Part shown: one piece after another, positions 1 through 13,648 of the stretch | Layout: each line of letters begins with the position of its first letter | Numbering within the stretch: position 1 is the stretch's first letter | Assembly: GCF_000497125.1 (NCBI RefSeq) | Contig: NC_090603.1 | Span: forward strand, 744,001-808,000 | DNA length: 64,000 nucleotides | DNA from: Spironucleus salmonicida | Taxonomy: Eukaryota | Reading direction: 5' to 3' | Program-made: the position numbers and the translations under genes | The notes under the pieces: model-generated | Seen by the model: only the letters and a program-made list of their open reading frames with translations | What the model was told of the DNA's origin: nothing | The model's database searches: none

Positions 1-313
1 ATATAAAATCTATAGCTTCGGTAAAATATATATGCTCTACCATCGTACCCTGATACAGTGAAAAATCTTTGCCATTTCCACATACTAGACAGTCTCCCAA
101 CTGGCTGGATATACCAGGCCTCACCGCCCGTATCTCATTAGAAAATGGTTAGAATACACTACTTAGAATACCCCCAGCTGAAATCTTAGCTTAATTTCCG
201 TGATAAGGTACGAAAAAGTCAATTCGATTCTCGCTTACACGCCATACCATGGTATCTGATGCGAATAAATTCTTCCCTGCGTAAATGATTGGGCCGCATT
301 TTCCAGAAATTTT
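1..313 (-). repeat. Inner end of left arm of inverted duplication 1; reverse complement of 5107-5419; continues beyond window start
   Basis: Base-by-base reverse-complement match (pos x pairs with 5420-x), ending at 313/5107; carries a 5'-truncated piece of gene 4408-6087. Confidence 0.95.
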
Positions 314-405
314 CTAATTTTAAAAGTTTTTAAATATATTTAGCAAATTTTAAATCATATTTTATATAAGAATAAAGATATTATGTATCTTTCCAATCCT
401 CTAAA

Positions 406-1104
406 ATGGAAGAATTAGGATATTCGTTCTCATTAACAACCTTTTCTCCTACAGGATAACTTTGGTAAATTTAACATGCTATAGCTGCTACTAACCGCGG
501 CCGTCTTTCAGTTTCAGTTCAAACACCTTAGGGTTCGGTATTGCTTGTTTAGCGTAAAACAGATGAGGCATCAGAGAAGCTTATTGATCAATCGTCACTG
601 CGTTTAATTAGTAAAATTTCTTCAAAAATCGCTATTGCTTGCTCAGGTTTATCTGGAGATACTAGATCAGTAGTTTCAGCTGCCAGACTTTCTGCTATTG
701 AATTTTCAGCTACGTACGGCACAGAACCAACGGCATTTGAAGTCGTTAACAAACTTTCAAAGATTTTTTAGGAAAAAACTCGTGCAGGTGGTGTGAGGCC
801 TTACGGCGTATGCTGTGTAGTTGCGGATTTCAATTAATGTTTTCAGATTAATCCTTCTGGATCTTTTTATGAAGTTAAAGCATGGGCAAATGGAAATGAA
901 AGCGAAGCTGCTAGGTAGATTTTAGAAAAAAGAGGAGACTCTGAAACGTTAGGTGACGGTATTGTATTATGCCTAAGTGTAGCTAAAGAGGTTTGTTAGG
1001 TTGAGCTTAACAAAGGTGACTTCTAAGTATGTGTTGTTGATAAGGAAGGATTCAGAATGATTACTTAAGAGGAAATTGATGGATATTGGGCTGGGGTTGA
1101 GTGA
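406..1104 (+). CDS. PSMA2: 20S proteasome alpha subunit (alpha-2 type)
   Basis: Code 6: MEELGYSFSLTTFSPTGQLWQIQHA...GGVRPYGV...QINPSGSFYEVKAWANG; ends GAG-TGA. Confidence 0.92.
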
Positions 1105-1245
1105 ACTGGGAGTAACTTTTAATACTAAAAGAAACATCTATAAATATACATATTAAATGTATTATATTATTTAAATATGACTTTTTATTTTAGTTATAGG
1201 TTTTACAAATAATAGTATTATATGATCTATAATATTTATGTAAAA

Positions 1246-2058
1246 ATGAATGATTTAAAAAAGACTTCATATATCTGGACTATTTAGAGACTATTTTTAC
1301 TTTTATAAATTGTTTCAGCATTTTTTTCTCCAATATACCTTCCCATAATCTAAAAATTTAATAACTTACTAACAGAACAGCAATATTAAACATTTGCATA
1401 CTATTTAAAAGCTATCAATTTTTTTATCCACTCTTTCTGTCTTGTTTTATTTTAATCACATCCGAATTTATAATTTGTTATTATTATAGCATACTTATAA
1501 CGTATACTAGTCCCTCCGATTACATGTATTCCAGCGTCTTAACTATACTCATATGTAGGCTCTACTTGTTTTTTTGGTATTTTAGGGGCTTTATTTTATA
1601 GACTTAGTACTCATAGATTTGAATTACAACGACTCAAGCTAAAGGTTAGAGCAGCTAGAGTTATTAATCATTAAAGTTTTACTAATATTCGTTAAGAATA
1701 TTATTTAAAAAAGCATGAATAATGGTAAAAACGGAAAATTTATTAAAATTCTGCAGCAATTTTATTATTATTATGTTAAATAGCAACATTTTCAGTTACA
1801 AGACGAAGTACTAAGCTTAATTTACAGATAGTTAAACAATGTAAGTTAGGTCCAAATTGGTCGGATCATTTATTTTTAGTTACATTATTATTGAAAAATG
1901 AAGATTCATGTGTGCATGGATCATTTTTATTTTCTTATTGTTTTTCATTGGGATTAATCATTTTTAATTCAATTTTTGCACCATTTTTTAATGGTGATAA
2001 AATTGGTGAATAAAGTGAAAAAGAGGATGACTTATGGACAGAAGAAGATAGTAATTGA
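1246..2058 (+). CDS. Hypothetical multi-pass membrane protein
   Basis: 270-aa code-6 ORF from ATG to TGA with several hydrophobic stretches. Confidence 0.65.
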
Positions 2059-2080
2059 ATTAATTAATATATCCGCAATA

Positions 2081-2659
2081 TCACTCGAACTCAAATATTG
2101 GTTTCGTCTCATCCGAACATTATTCTGATGGTAACGGAAGACCAAATACTTTAGCAATACATAATTTAAATAATCTATTTACATTAACCCCCTTTTCAGC
2201 TGATACAAAAACTAGAGGAGCTGCCATAGTTTTAGCATACTTTCTTGCCATTGCAAGCGTTTCTGATCTCTATTTCTCATCTACACTCATAAACAAATCC
2301 CATTTAGCGCCAACTAAAACCGCATGTGCCTCTCTATTTATAGCTCTCACTTATCTATACCAAGATTTGACTGCAGCTAGTGTTGCAGGTTATGATAAAT
2401 CAAAGCAAAAAAGGATAACATGGGCTCCATCAGCTGAAAGAGGTATCATTGTTTAAAATTCAGCTTCACCTCCAATATCCCAAAGAGCCAATGTCACAGG
2501 TTAAGTACCAATATTTATCTATTTTTCACGAAAACCAACACCAAGAGTTTAAATATAGTTATGCGTATATTCTCCAGAAATATATCTGGTAAGAAGTGAG
2601 GTTTTACCAGTCTCTGCATTTCCAAATAGAGACATTTTGACCTATACAGTCTCCGTCAT
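2081..2659 (-). CDS. Spg1/Tem1-like small GTPase
   Basis: GNAETGKTS P-loop, YIQTLGVGFREK, LWDIGGEAEFQTMIPL, VLVGAKWDL, VSAEKGVNV; 192 aa. Confidence 0.85.
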
Positions 2660-2787
2660 ATTTTACCAAAGTGGAAAGGTAAAATAATTATATATATTAT
2701 ACTATATATAATTAATTTTATATTAACGTTTGTACAGTATTATAATTATTATATATAAAATAATATAACATATAAATTATAAAATTT

Positions 2788-4365
2788 ATGATTGAGTAAA
2801 GTATAATTAAATGGCTGGAATCACTGAAATAAGACTAGCTTATACCTGAAAATACAGTAATTTCAAATTTATTACTAGAGGCACTTTAGCTAGACGATAT
2901 ATCATCTGTCATTTGTTATCTCATTTTTGACTTATAAGATGAAATTCCTTAATAGAAACGTTTAAATTTTATCCAAAATTAGTTAGACTTGCCTGTAACT
3001 AGTATAGCAGATTTATAACAAAATAAAGATCTTTTTGAACTATTTTTAACGAAATTATCTTACAAAATAGCAGAAATGTCACGTGACTCTAATGTACTAC
3101 CATAATTTAAACTAGAATCACAAAACGAAGAATCGTTTGGTTCGTTTGAAGAGAAATCTCTTCATGAATAAGCATATGAAATTAATGTAGAGGATTCACC
3201 AAAACGTTAGAAAACAGAAGAAAGCCTTCCGGTTCCTTTAGAGCCATCAACAGCAATCTAGTAGGAATTAATATTTGAAATATAAAGTCTTAACACAGAA
3301 AATTAGAAACTCGCTTAAAAAGCCTTATTATATGATTAGATTAGAGTATTTTTCATAGAAACATATAATGTGGATTTAGTTTAGAATGATATATTTATGT
3401 CATCAGAAATTTTAAATCACTTTGACAAAGATTAAACTTAAATTAAATTTAACGAGCTTGAAATTGAAATTTCATTACCATAGTTAACCGATTAAAATCT
3501 CCTAAATTTACTATAATAACAGGTAAATGCGGAGCTTGAAATATCACCATTTTAAATTAATATTTTAAAAACAGATACACCAACATCAATTTAATACATT
3601 AAATAACCTTCAAATGATATTTCCTTCTATTAAACTTAAATTTAACAATTGTAAAATGAAATTTAAATACTTAAAAATAATTCTGTAATGCCAATTTTAA
3701 CTGCAGAGTCACCAAAATCCCGTAGTTCAAGCAATATGAGAAAATAAACTGTAAAAGAAAATGAATTTTCTGATATGTTTAATTTTAATGTTTTAGGAGA
3801 AGAAAATGAATAAATGACAAATTCATGTAGTAAGTTTATTATGGAGGATTTGAAAGATTTGATTGTTAGATTAAGTAAAAATGATGCCTAGTTTTAGGTG
3901 GTTTTGGGGCAAAATTTGAATGACTAAAATGTTATTTAAATGATTGAAGTTTTAATGAATTAGACTAGATAAATAGCTAGAAATGAGCTTAACAACGCTG
4001 ATAATTTAATAGCAGAGCTATAGTCATAAATTTAAATTTAGGAATTATAATCTACTAGAATTAAATAAACACCAGGCACTAAACTTTATAATAATGATAT
4101 GATATAATTCTAAAAGCTTGAGAAATAGCGAAATTTGATTTAGTAAAATATCAAAGAAAAGTTGATTTTGGAGAACTAAATCAAGGATTTAAAAATTTAA
4201 TTAGATGGATGGTAGCGTCGGTGCAGAGCTTTGTAAATTAACTATGAAAGTGAAAGATTAGCTAGTAAACGGGTTGTAAATGTTGATAAATATGGGCTAG
4301 AGCGGCTCCGAGCTGAACTGGCAGAGACAAGACGAATCGCTGAATTTAAAGGCATAAGAAAATGA
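2788..4365 (+). CDS. Hypothetical coiled-coil protein
   Basis: 525-aa code-6 ORF with Q/E/L-rich C-terminus. Confidence 0.7.
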
Positions 4366-4407
4366 TATTTAATATTTAATATGTTATTATTAACTGGTAT
4401 ATTTTAA

Positions 4408-6087
4408 ATGAAAATTTTTATTCCAACCTTATAATCTGTTTAAAATACTATAGTAATTTAAGCAGATATTTATATGCCAATATGTAATTTAATTGTAAAT
4501 ATGATAACTGATTAGCATGTTTACTAATGTTAAAATATTATTACAAATTTATTTTTTGTTAATAATTGTCTTGTTGTATTTCAAGATAGTTTAATTTAAA
4601 TTTTAAGCACTAATTTTAAGTTAATAAGGTCATACTTTTTGGATAATTCATATTAGTGCATTAAAATTTCATGTAATAATACAATTTTAATCTAGAGTGG
4701 TACTATTCTTTTAGAGATAACCACGGAGTTGGAAAAATAAACATTCATAATTCCTGATAGTTCTGATATTATTAACAAAATAAATGATACAATCGTACTT
4801 TTTAAAAATAATAAATTATTATTTATTTCTTAAGAAATACCTTTATCTTCATTATAATCAGTGTCTATACCACTTTATATATCTTCTTATACAAAATCAT
4901 CATACTTAGTAGTCTATAGTAATAAATTTATAGTTATATAAAATACTAAAGTTATAGCTGAAAAACAAATTTAAGGAATAGTAACTTCTGTATATTTAGA
5001 TGAAAATACTATCTTCTTAGGATTAAATGATGGAAGAACTTAATAGATTGATAAAATTTCATTAAATATATAAAAAGAAACTGCAGTATAAACCATGCTT
5101 CACTAAAAAATTTCTGGAAAATGCGGCCCAATCATTTACGCAGGGAAGAATTTATTCGCATCAGATACCATGGTATGGCGTGTAAGCGAGAATCGAATTG
5201 ACTTTTTCGTACCTTATCACGGAAATTAAGCTAAGATTTCAGCTGGGGGTATTCTAAGTAGTGTATTCTAACCATTTTCTAATGAGATACGGGCGGTGAG
5301 GCCTGGTATATCCAGCCAGTTGGGAGACTGTCTAGTATGTGGAAATGGCAAAGATTTTTCACTGTATCAGGGTACGATGGTAGAGCATATATATTTTACC
5401 GAAGCTATAGATTTTATATCCTTATTCCGACTAGATGGAGAGGCGTGTATAATTGCATGTGGAAAAGACAAGCTCTACATAAGGCGCCAATCTTAGTCGG
5501 ATCTGTACCAATTACCCCTCATATTGTAAGGTCGTGTTTAGCAGGTATAGGGGGTAACTAGTAGTGTATTCGTAGTTTTGTCTACCTCTGAAATTTTATT
5601 CTATGAGTTTTATAGCAACCAGTTCCGGGTTCTAAAGGCGATCAAAACTTCATAGGTTATTAAATCATTAATTTATCATCCAAAAGGAGCACTTCTGGTA
5701 TTCCTAGAAAATGCTCAATGTTGTATCTATGTATACCGGGATGGTGATATATTTGTTTCTGAGAACACATTGTTTCATCCCTTTATTCAGAATAATATTA
5801 CACTAGATACAACTGGGCTCTTCCTAGCCTATTTATAGGATGGTGGTGTCGTATTTGCAGAAACCATGAGTCGCCAATAGGTTGCGCTCCTAGAAGCAGT
5901 TGGTGCAGAATAACTTGGCTTCACCACAGATAACCGACTATGCTTTGGTGGAAAATACGGGTTCGTGATTGTGAGGTGTCCTGATGCAGTTGCAGATGTA
6001 GTGGAGGGATTCCTGCAGAATAGCATAGCATCTGGTCTCTCGATAGAGGAAGTGTATGATAGACATGATATGTGGTTGTGGAACTGA
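4408..6087 (+). CDS. Hypothetical beta-propeller/WD40-like protein spanning the 5107 breakpoint
   Basis: 559-aa code-6 ORF including track ORF 5296-5496; beta-strand-rich; TGA at 6085-6087. Confidence 0.65.
5107..5419 (+). repeat. Right arm of inverted duplication 1 (portion verifiable in this window; probably extends further right)
   Basis: Reverse complement of 1-313; GC rises from about 5107 onward. Confidence 0.93.
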
Positions 6088-6101
6088 AAATTTGAGAAAA
6101 T

Positions 6102-7928
6102 TCACTCAAACATGGAAAGAACACATGTTGCTGGACCACATTCAATGACCGCTCTATAGAAGGCATCGTGCACATCTTCCAAGGCACTGATATCATCGAT
6201 ATCAGCAAGCAGCCGTATTGTTGCTATCTTCAGCTAATCTAACTCCGTTCTATCATTCCGAGCCATAAACCCAACTAATAGGTCTGTGCTACTGACTGGA
6301 TCAATTAAGGTTTCAGACCCAAAAAGTATACTCCGTGCTGTCTGGGGTTCAAATATCATGCGTACATCGCGGGAGAATACTAGCAGTTACCTAATACGCT
6401 CCTTAGTAATAGGCCCATACCGCTCGCTCTCGCAATCTAATTCCATACTAATGAAGTTTTTCACATGTAAGCGGTTCTTCATCAATATCGCAATCTGTAC
6501 TTCACGCCGGTTTAGTCGGATTCCCCTGTTATTGTCAGTGTGAAGTTGCATGATACCTTCGTAAATTGTTTTTATGGCACCCTTGCAAAGCAACTGTACT
6601 TCAATAAAGGCATTACCTAGTGAAGATTCACAACAAGAGAACCGACTTGTAGCTGCGATCTCGTTCAGTAAGGGTGAGCATTTGAGCCCTAGACCCTTGC
6701 TCAGTTTAGCTACTTATTGCATACTCGGTAGACTGTATCGGGATAATAGTGGTCTGGGGAATTCAGTCAGAAAGCATCCACTATTATCACACTGGTTGGC
6801 TACAATTGCCAAGCGGTCTAATGGTAATATTATGAACTCAATGATTAGTTAGGAGTATGAGGCTAATACAAAGCCAAAGTAAGCGCAAACACGAGTTAAA
6901 ATACTGGAAGGTGCTACGAGTCCGTAACGCTACCGGAATGCTATCTCCGCTTGTTGTTCTGTACGGACGTCACGCTATAGCGTCCCAGATAAACGGGTAC
7001 TCTAGTACATGGATAAAGGGCGTGCATCTGGTGTCCTTGCACGCCTGAATTCGGTCGAGTTAGACCGTCCCAGACAGGTAACTTTCATTCCTAAAGCTGC
7101 ACGCTCTCCGTGCCACTAAGATAACGGTTGTTCCTTAGAAAGATGCTACTCGAGTCGCCTGCTGATTAGGAAGGTTTTGAATGTAGTACGAGAGGCCCCT
7201 TCTGGGAACACCAGTCCAACCAGCTGTTTAACAGGAGATGTTACTCTTGACAGTGCAAGTTATCCTTCAAGTTATACTGGACATCCAACTACAGCAAAAC
7301 TACAATGTTATATGGTTTTATAAGCGTTTTCAAAAGTGGGATTAATGGTGCCACATATAAGTGTGTAGATATCTATATTTTCATCTATCGTAGAGCCAAC
7401 TGAGGAAGAACGGATCTGATGCACACTTTTAGGGAAGTAATGTAACATCTTCGAGCGGTTATCTCGGAATGCTTGCACAATTTCGATAGCGCTTGCCCCA
7501 AAAAGCAGCTGGAGGTTGCGACAACAACCCATTAAGTTTATACTCTTGGGTACCAGTGCGTAAACTTTAGGATAGTTCTTATGTGAACGTATTAGATTTA
7601 ATGGCGGCATGTTAAAGTACTAGACGACGGCTTACTCGAACAGTTCTTAAAAAGCTGCCACCTGGAAACGATTGAAGAAACACAGTACGTCCGACAGCAC
7701 CTAATGTGGGGAAATAAATGCTCCGATACCGAAATAAAGATGTGATAGTTCATCTAGGATATTGTTAGTTGGTTATTAGAGTGTTGCATATCTCCGGATC
7801 TTAGGTAGAGGAACCAGGTCAGCGATTGAGGTTATATTCAATAGTTTTGTAATTTATCCATATTGCTGAGACAGTCCCAGAAATTTAGGGATAGTGAGTG
7901 GGCTGATAGCTTGCACGATCTAGTCCAT
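6102..7928 (-). CDS. Hypothetical protein (608 aa)
   Basis: One code-6 frame joins track ORFs 7308-7610 and 6387-6593; starts MDQIVQAISPL, ends GAG-TGA. Confidence 0.75.
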
Positions 7929-8022
7929 TTAGTGATGTGTGCTATGTATATTATTAGATATATAAAATATAATAGCATATCAGTAACTAACTATACTTAA
8001 CGTTCAATATATCCCTTTCCTA

Positions 8023-9255
8023 ATGGAACTACATAACTTTGCTCCAGACTTCGATCCAACCCATCCGTAGGTATAGTAGCTAGTCCACAACCTTCAACCT
8101 ACACATATCACCTTCCTTCCCGATGCTCATCTTGGCCCTACTGCCCCTGTAGGATTTGCTGCTAGGACGACCCGCGTGTGCCCCTCGGTAATTGGAGGTG
8201 ATGCAGGGTGTGGCTTCCTCATGTTAGAGGTAAAACCAGTGCGTGTAGATTTTCAAGCGCTATAAGAATTTCTCGAGCGCGTAGTTCCTTTTCAGGAAAC
8301 TCCCGTCCATACTGTTACTGTTGTCTAAGAATTCTTCGAGTTTGCCATGTCGATAACCTAGTGTCCCAATACACCTACCTTTTCAGAATTTACCACCCGT
8401 CGAAAACGCTTCGAGTACCAATTTCGATCTTCAATTCAACTTTCCTCTCTCGGGAGCGGTAATCACTTCGTAGAGATTGGTCGCTCCTCCACTTCAGGGA
8501 TGATGGCTGTAACAGTGCATTCTGGCAGCCGTAATGCGGGATAAGCTGTCTACTAACAGTTCCAACAAGTGTGCTAGGTTTTCGCTTTACACGGGGTGAA
8601 GTGTTAGACTGCTCTCTTCACCAAGCTGCTAGATGAGATCCATGCAGGGAACCAGGTGCATCTCCCTATACTGCTGCAGGGTCCCTTCAAGCGGGCAGTC
8701 TCTGCGAGGTTCCGGGGAGGGACACCCACAGCTTTATCCCTATTAAGGACCACAACGATAGAAGAAGAACAACAACTTGTGCTTCCAGACGAATACGTTC
8801 CATTGTATCGAGAGACAGTGGAATTTCTGACTATAGTTGCTCATGTGAACCGCGCGGCTATAGCTCTCCAGATCCGGAATTACTTAGGCATGGAACTTCT
8901 AAGTAGTATCACCGGACCGCACAATTTCATCCGGGGAGACATCCTACGTAAGGGATCGTAGGCAGCAGATGGTAAATTCATAGTGGCACTAAACTGCAGG
9001 GATGGAATTCTGGTGTGCTAGTCCAGTACAATAGAGTCCGCACCGCACGGAAGCGGAAGGGCTGGAAAGAAGACGGAGCTGAAGCATATACCAGATGAAG
9101 GAGAAGCCGGTGATGTTGTGAGGTTCTGGCGCGGCTATAACGAGGGCCCTGGCGGTTACAAGGACAGCACTGCGGCTATCCAGGCAATCAAAGCAATGGG
9201 TATCGACATTGTAGACAGAGTCATGCCACTGTTTAGCTACAAGCGGGGGAAGTGA
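8023..9255 (+). CDS. rtcB: RtcB-family RNA ligase (3'-phosphate/5'-OH)
   Basis: PDAHLG, IGGDAGCG, LGSGNHFVEI, VHSGSRNAG, HNFI, RKGS, SAPHGSGR, EGPGGYKD in the canonical order; 410 aa. Confidence 0.92.
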
Positions 9256-9296
9256 GAGTGCTAGCCACTGAGGCAAAGTGGTAGTATATTGATCAT

Positions 9297-11702
9297 TCAT
9301 CTCATCCCTGTGAAGTTGCTTCCGCCGCTGGAGTGGCTTTTAGTATCTTCCAGAGGACCCTCAGATACCGATTTAACCACAATAGCTGCCACTTGCTCGA
9401 CAGTAGGCCCCTCTGCCTTACTGAGCCTGTTGTATATGTCGTTGCACACAGATGCATACTTGTCCCTACAGCTGGGGCGCTTCACCTTCATCCCAGGCGT
9501 GAGTAACCCGTTCTCAGGGGTCCACTGTTCCGACTCTAATACAATTGCCTTGGGAATTTCATAACCCTTCATGGAAGAAGCCTTGCCAAGGGCGCGGAAG
9601 TCATTCATGATGGCAACGATGGCGTCAATACTAGTCGTAACCTGGTCGGTGGTTTTGACTTTCGTTCCGAGATAGTTCATGTTTGGAACTACCACCGCAA
9701 TTGGATATGGCTCATAACGAGAGGCGTATACGTACAATTGCTCCACAAACCTAGATTTGGAGAGCGCATCTTCAATCTAGTTTACCGAGATGAACTCGCC
9801 CTACGACAGCTTGAAAATACCGCGCTTTCTGTCTATAAGCTAGACCTGCTTCGTGACGGAATCGAATTCTGCTATATCCCCAGTGATGAACCAATCACCG
9901 TCAAACGATTCTTTTGTCTTCGCCTCGTCGTTCCAGTAGCCTTGAAACACGGACGGTCCTCGAATCAGGAGCTCACCCCTAGGATTCGTTACCTCCAGCT
10001 ATTTCCCAGCAAATGTGACGATCTTTTTGTCTTCAATCGTATATCCCATCTCTGGAACTGAGCGAATGCGCATCTGAGTCTCAGCCTCCAACGCCTCGCC
10101 TATGAAACCGTAGTTCATTGTGTGGATACTCTGCACCGCACCGTGCGCGGACGTCTCCGACATACCAAACCCTTCGAACAGATGCACGTTAAAACAAATT
10201 GCAATAAATTCACCATGAACCTATGATAATGGAGCAGAACCAGTAACAAAAAGACGGCATCTATTACCTAACATTGGGGGAAATTTTCTAAAAACAATAC
10301 TAGTCCATCTAGGGAAATCTAGCCTTCTTTAGTCAGTTGTTTAATGATTTATCTCGTGCTTTAACTCTTATATGGTTTTCTTACCATTATAAATATCAAG
10401 CAAAGTGTCGTTATACTCTTTTCTGAAAGACTCGTACCAATATTTTCTGCTGGCAAATGCCTTCGAAAACAATGTTCTTACAATAATGCTGCTTGCCTCT
10501 ATTTTGCTCATAATTCCCTCAACAATTTTTTAGCATATTCGGGGAACCAAAAAGAACATGGTAATCCGCAGCTCTTTTACGTCATCTAAAAGCCCGGTTG
10601 TAGCTCCTTGCCAGTAGCCGTTTGCAGCGCCGATGTACATTTCGACGCCCTGCAAAACGCGCATGTAAATGTGAGCCAGCGGCAAATAACTGATTCCGTA
10701 CTCCTACCTATGTGCCATTTTTTGCCCCAGACGGTTGTAGCTCTCCTTTTCCGGAATGACCCTGTTCATGACCATGTGGAAGCTGGTGTGGATGACGTTC
10801 TTTTGCGTCAGCATCACTCCCTTTGGCTTCCCGGTCGTCCCACTTGTATACACCAAAGTCATCAAATCGTCCTCTTTGGTTGCGGTTTCGTCGTACCGAA
10901 TCACGAGGTCTTCGGCCTCGAAAAGCTCCTCGCCAACGTCTCCGATGAGGCTCCAAAATGTGTGTGTGGCAAGTTGCACCTGCGGTGCAATTTTGATGTT
11001 TTTGGTCAAAATTTGGATTTCTGCCTCAGCAAGCAAATAGGAAAAGTTTTTGCCAGAAAAAGAGCTGCAAATGGCCGTTGCATCAGTTGCAAATTCTGGC
11101 GCAGGGTCGAAGCAGCCCTCGGCCTTGTCGAACTCGTCGAAGACGTCCTGGCCGCGCGGCTGAATGGGGACGGCGCCCGGGAGGTCAAATTTGAGCTCCG
11201 CCCGGTACTTCAAAATAGCGGCCCTTTCGTCGAGTCTGTCGTCCATGAGGATGACGTTCGTGAACAGGGGCGCCACCTGCGCCAGAGCGTTTATTCTGTC
11301 GACTGAGGCGAAAACGGTGTGGATTCCAGAGTCCTCGCACACGAATTTGATCTCAGCTTACGACTGCGTGTCGTATAGTGGGACCAGAATAATACCGCTC
11401 GCAGAGCATGCAAAATCAATAACTGACCATTCTGTACGATTTGGTGATATAATACCGGCCCTGGACCCTTTTTCGAGACCGATAGATTACAGTTTTCGCT
11501 GCAGAAGGGCTGTCATATGGTAAACATCTCTGTAAGAGTACCACTCGAAAGGGCCTCTTTTTCCCGAAGTTAGGAATTATCTCGTTCCCAGAAATCTTCT
11601 GTTGGGGTTGAGTTTAGCCTGTTTTAGAAGTAGTTTTGGGAAGGTATTGGAGTCATCAGGGATTAATTTAGTTGTTGCATCAAACTTACAGTCATAGTCC
11701 AT
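9297..11702 (-). CDS. Long-chain fatty acyl-CoA synthetase
   Basis: FLGTR...[53 protein letters not shown]; 801 aa in code 6. Confidence 0.93.
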
Positions 11703-11837
11703 TTGAGATTTAGGAGTGGTGAGTAGAGGATTGCATATTTACTCGGAAGTATATGATATATTGTGTTTCTAAAAATATAGGTTTTAGGAGAAAAGATAAG
11801 GCTTTTCTACAGCCAATATCTTTTATTTTTATAAATT

Positions 11838-11911
11838 TGCTTCTGCCGGGGCTCGAACCCGGGACCTAACCCATGTGAAGGGTACGTGCTAACCAACTAC
11901 ACCACAGTAGC
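11838..11911 (-). tRNA. tRNA-Val, anticodon CAC
   Basis: Cloverleaf GCTACTG-TG-GTGTAGTTGGTTAGCAC-G-TACCC-TTCACAT-GGGTT-AGGTC-CCGGGTTCGAGCCCCGG-CAGAAGC-A, followed on its strand by A/T-rich sequence; one acceptor-stem and one anticodon-stem mismatch. Confidence 0.9.
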
Positions 11912-11997
11912 AATAGCTAATATACATTTTAATAAAAATACATACTTTTAGTAATATAAATTATAAATAATTATAAAACTATATTTAATTTAATAAA

Positions 11998-12633
11998 ATG
12001 AACTATTCAACTATTTTAAATAAGTAAAATCTTATGCCTATTTAAACGTTTACTACATAAGCATAGTAGTTCTAAAGATAAAACTAAACAGCTACATTAA
12101 AAAAATTGTAGAACTCTCGTTTCTTATCTCAAAAACTTAAAGATTTTAATCATTCTGACATGTCTTAAAAATCTTCTATTAATAAAGACCTTATTACTAC
12201 AATATAGGATACTATTAAGCATGGTACGTCATAGTTAGTTCATACTTAGATATTGGATAAAACAAGATTACCCTCATTCACTGCGAATTATGTTAATAAA
12301 ATTTTTTAAACATATTCCGCAGATTTTTAAAGCAGTGAAGCCATGATAATACGAATTTGTGCTGATAGAAATTTATAGTTATCTGAGTTAGAGAAATATA
12401 TATAAAATTTAGAAGCTTTTCCGAACCAAACTGAAGTATCTTCAATAGTAGATACACCAACCTCGTAGTTTGCGGATCCAGAGGTTATTGAGTCTGTAAA
12501 TAGTAACAATATTTAAGGAGCGGATTTAGAAGTTTTAAGAAATGAGATTGTAAAATTAGTATAAGAAAATAATGATCTGTAACAGAAACTTTTTGATTTA
12601 GAAAGTGAAATTATGCTTAAAGAGCTAGAATGA
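11998..12633 (+). CDS. Hypothetical protein with C-terminal coiled coil
   Basis: 211-aa code-6 ORF ending ELE-TGA. Confidence 0.65.
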
Positions 12634-12657
12634 TTACATAAATTTGTATCTTTAATA

Positions 12658-13572
12658 TCACTCTATACCAAAAATATTACCAAACCAAAAATGCTACATT
12701 ACTGGCCATTTCCCAAATACTTCTTCGTTATAATGTCTTCTCATTCCTTTAAATATTTTTGCCCAGTTCATTCCATCTTTATAATGTATTTCAGAAATAA
12801 AAGGGCTATTAATTTCGAGTGAATAACTTTTAACTTCTATAATATTACTTACCATAAAAGCATATAGGTTTTTCTCTCTATATTTCATTATTTATGAATC
12901 ATCAAAAATAATTTTAACTGAGATATCGCTCATCGAAAATTAACTTGATCCAATTACAAACGGTAATAGATTATAGTCATCTACCGACCATGCTCCTCTA
13001 GAACCTGCTGGTTCCAATGTATAAATATTTTAAATTTTTAAAGCAATTTACATATACTTTGGGAATAAATTTAAAACAAATGATTGGAGATCTTCTTTTG
13101 ATCCTGCAATTCCAATTCTACAAAACGAAATAAACCAACATAAAAAGTTAAGTTCATGCCCAGTACCATAATCTAAACGACCATAAGAACCAAACATATC
13201 CATAAAATAATATTTAATTTCTATCCAGGCTTCTTCATGATTTAGTAAAACATCTTTATGTAATTCTTCTGATACTGTTTACAAATGCTCAATAAATTTT
13301 AAAAATGAAGGATTGCCGTATCTTGACTATCTTTATACTGGGGGTATAGATTCAAAAATATTCAATACTTTAGTCAATATTATATCTAATTTTGAAGTAA
13401 ACTCAGTTTACTCTACAGAATAACAATCTTATCCTTATGCTAATACACATAATGTATCTATAAAATTGTTTAACATCAAGAAAGTCTTAGAAAATTTAAA
13501 CTTGCTAAACTTATGCTTGTCATCACATATTAATTTTTGAGGTTGAACAAATGTAGTTGGAATGTCATTCAT
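12658..13572 (-). CDS. PTPA: PP2A phosphatase activator (PTPA/Rrd)
   Basis: FGSYGRLDYGTGHELNF, YTLEPAGSRGAWSVDDY, EVFGKWPVMQHFWFG. Confidence 0.92.
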
Positions 13573-13648
13573 TGCTATACAAAACATAAACATAAATTAT
13601 TATGTATAAATTATCATTTATTATCATTTTAATTTTCATTCCCTGCTA

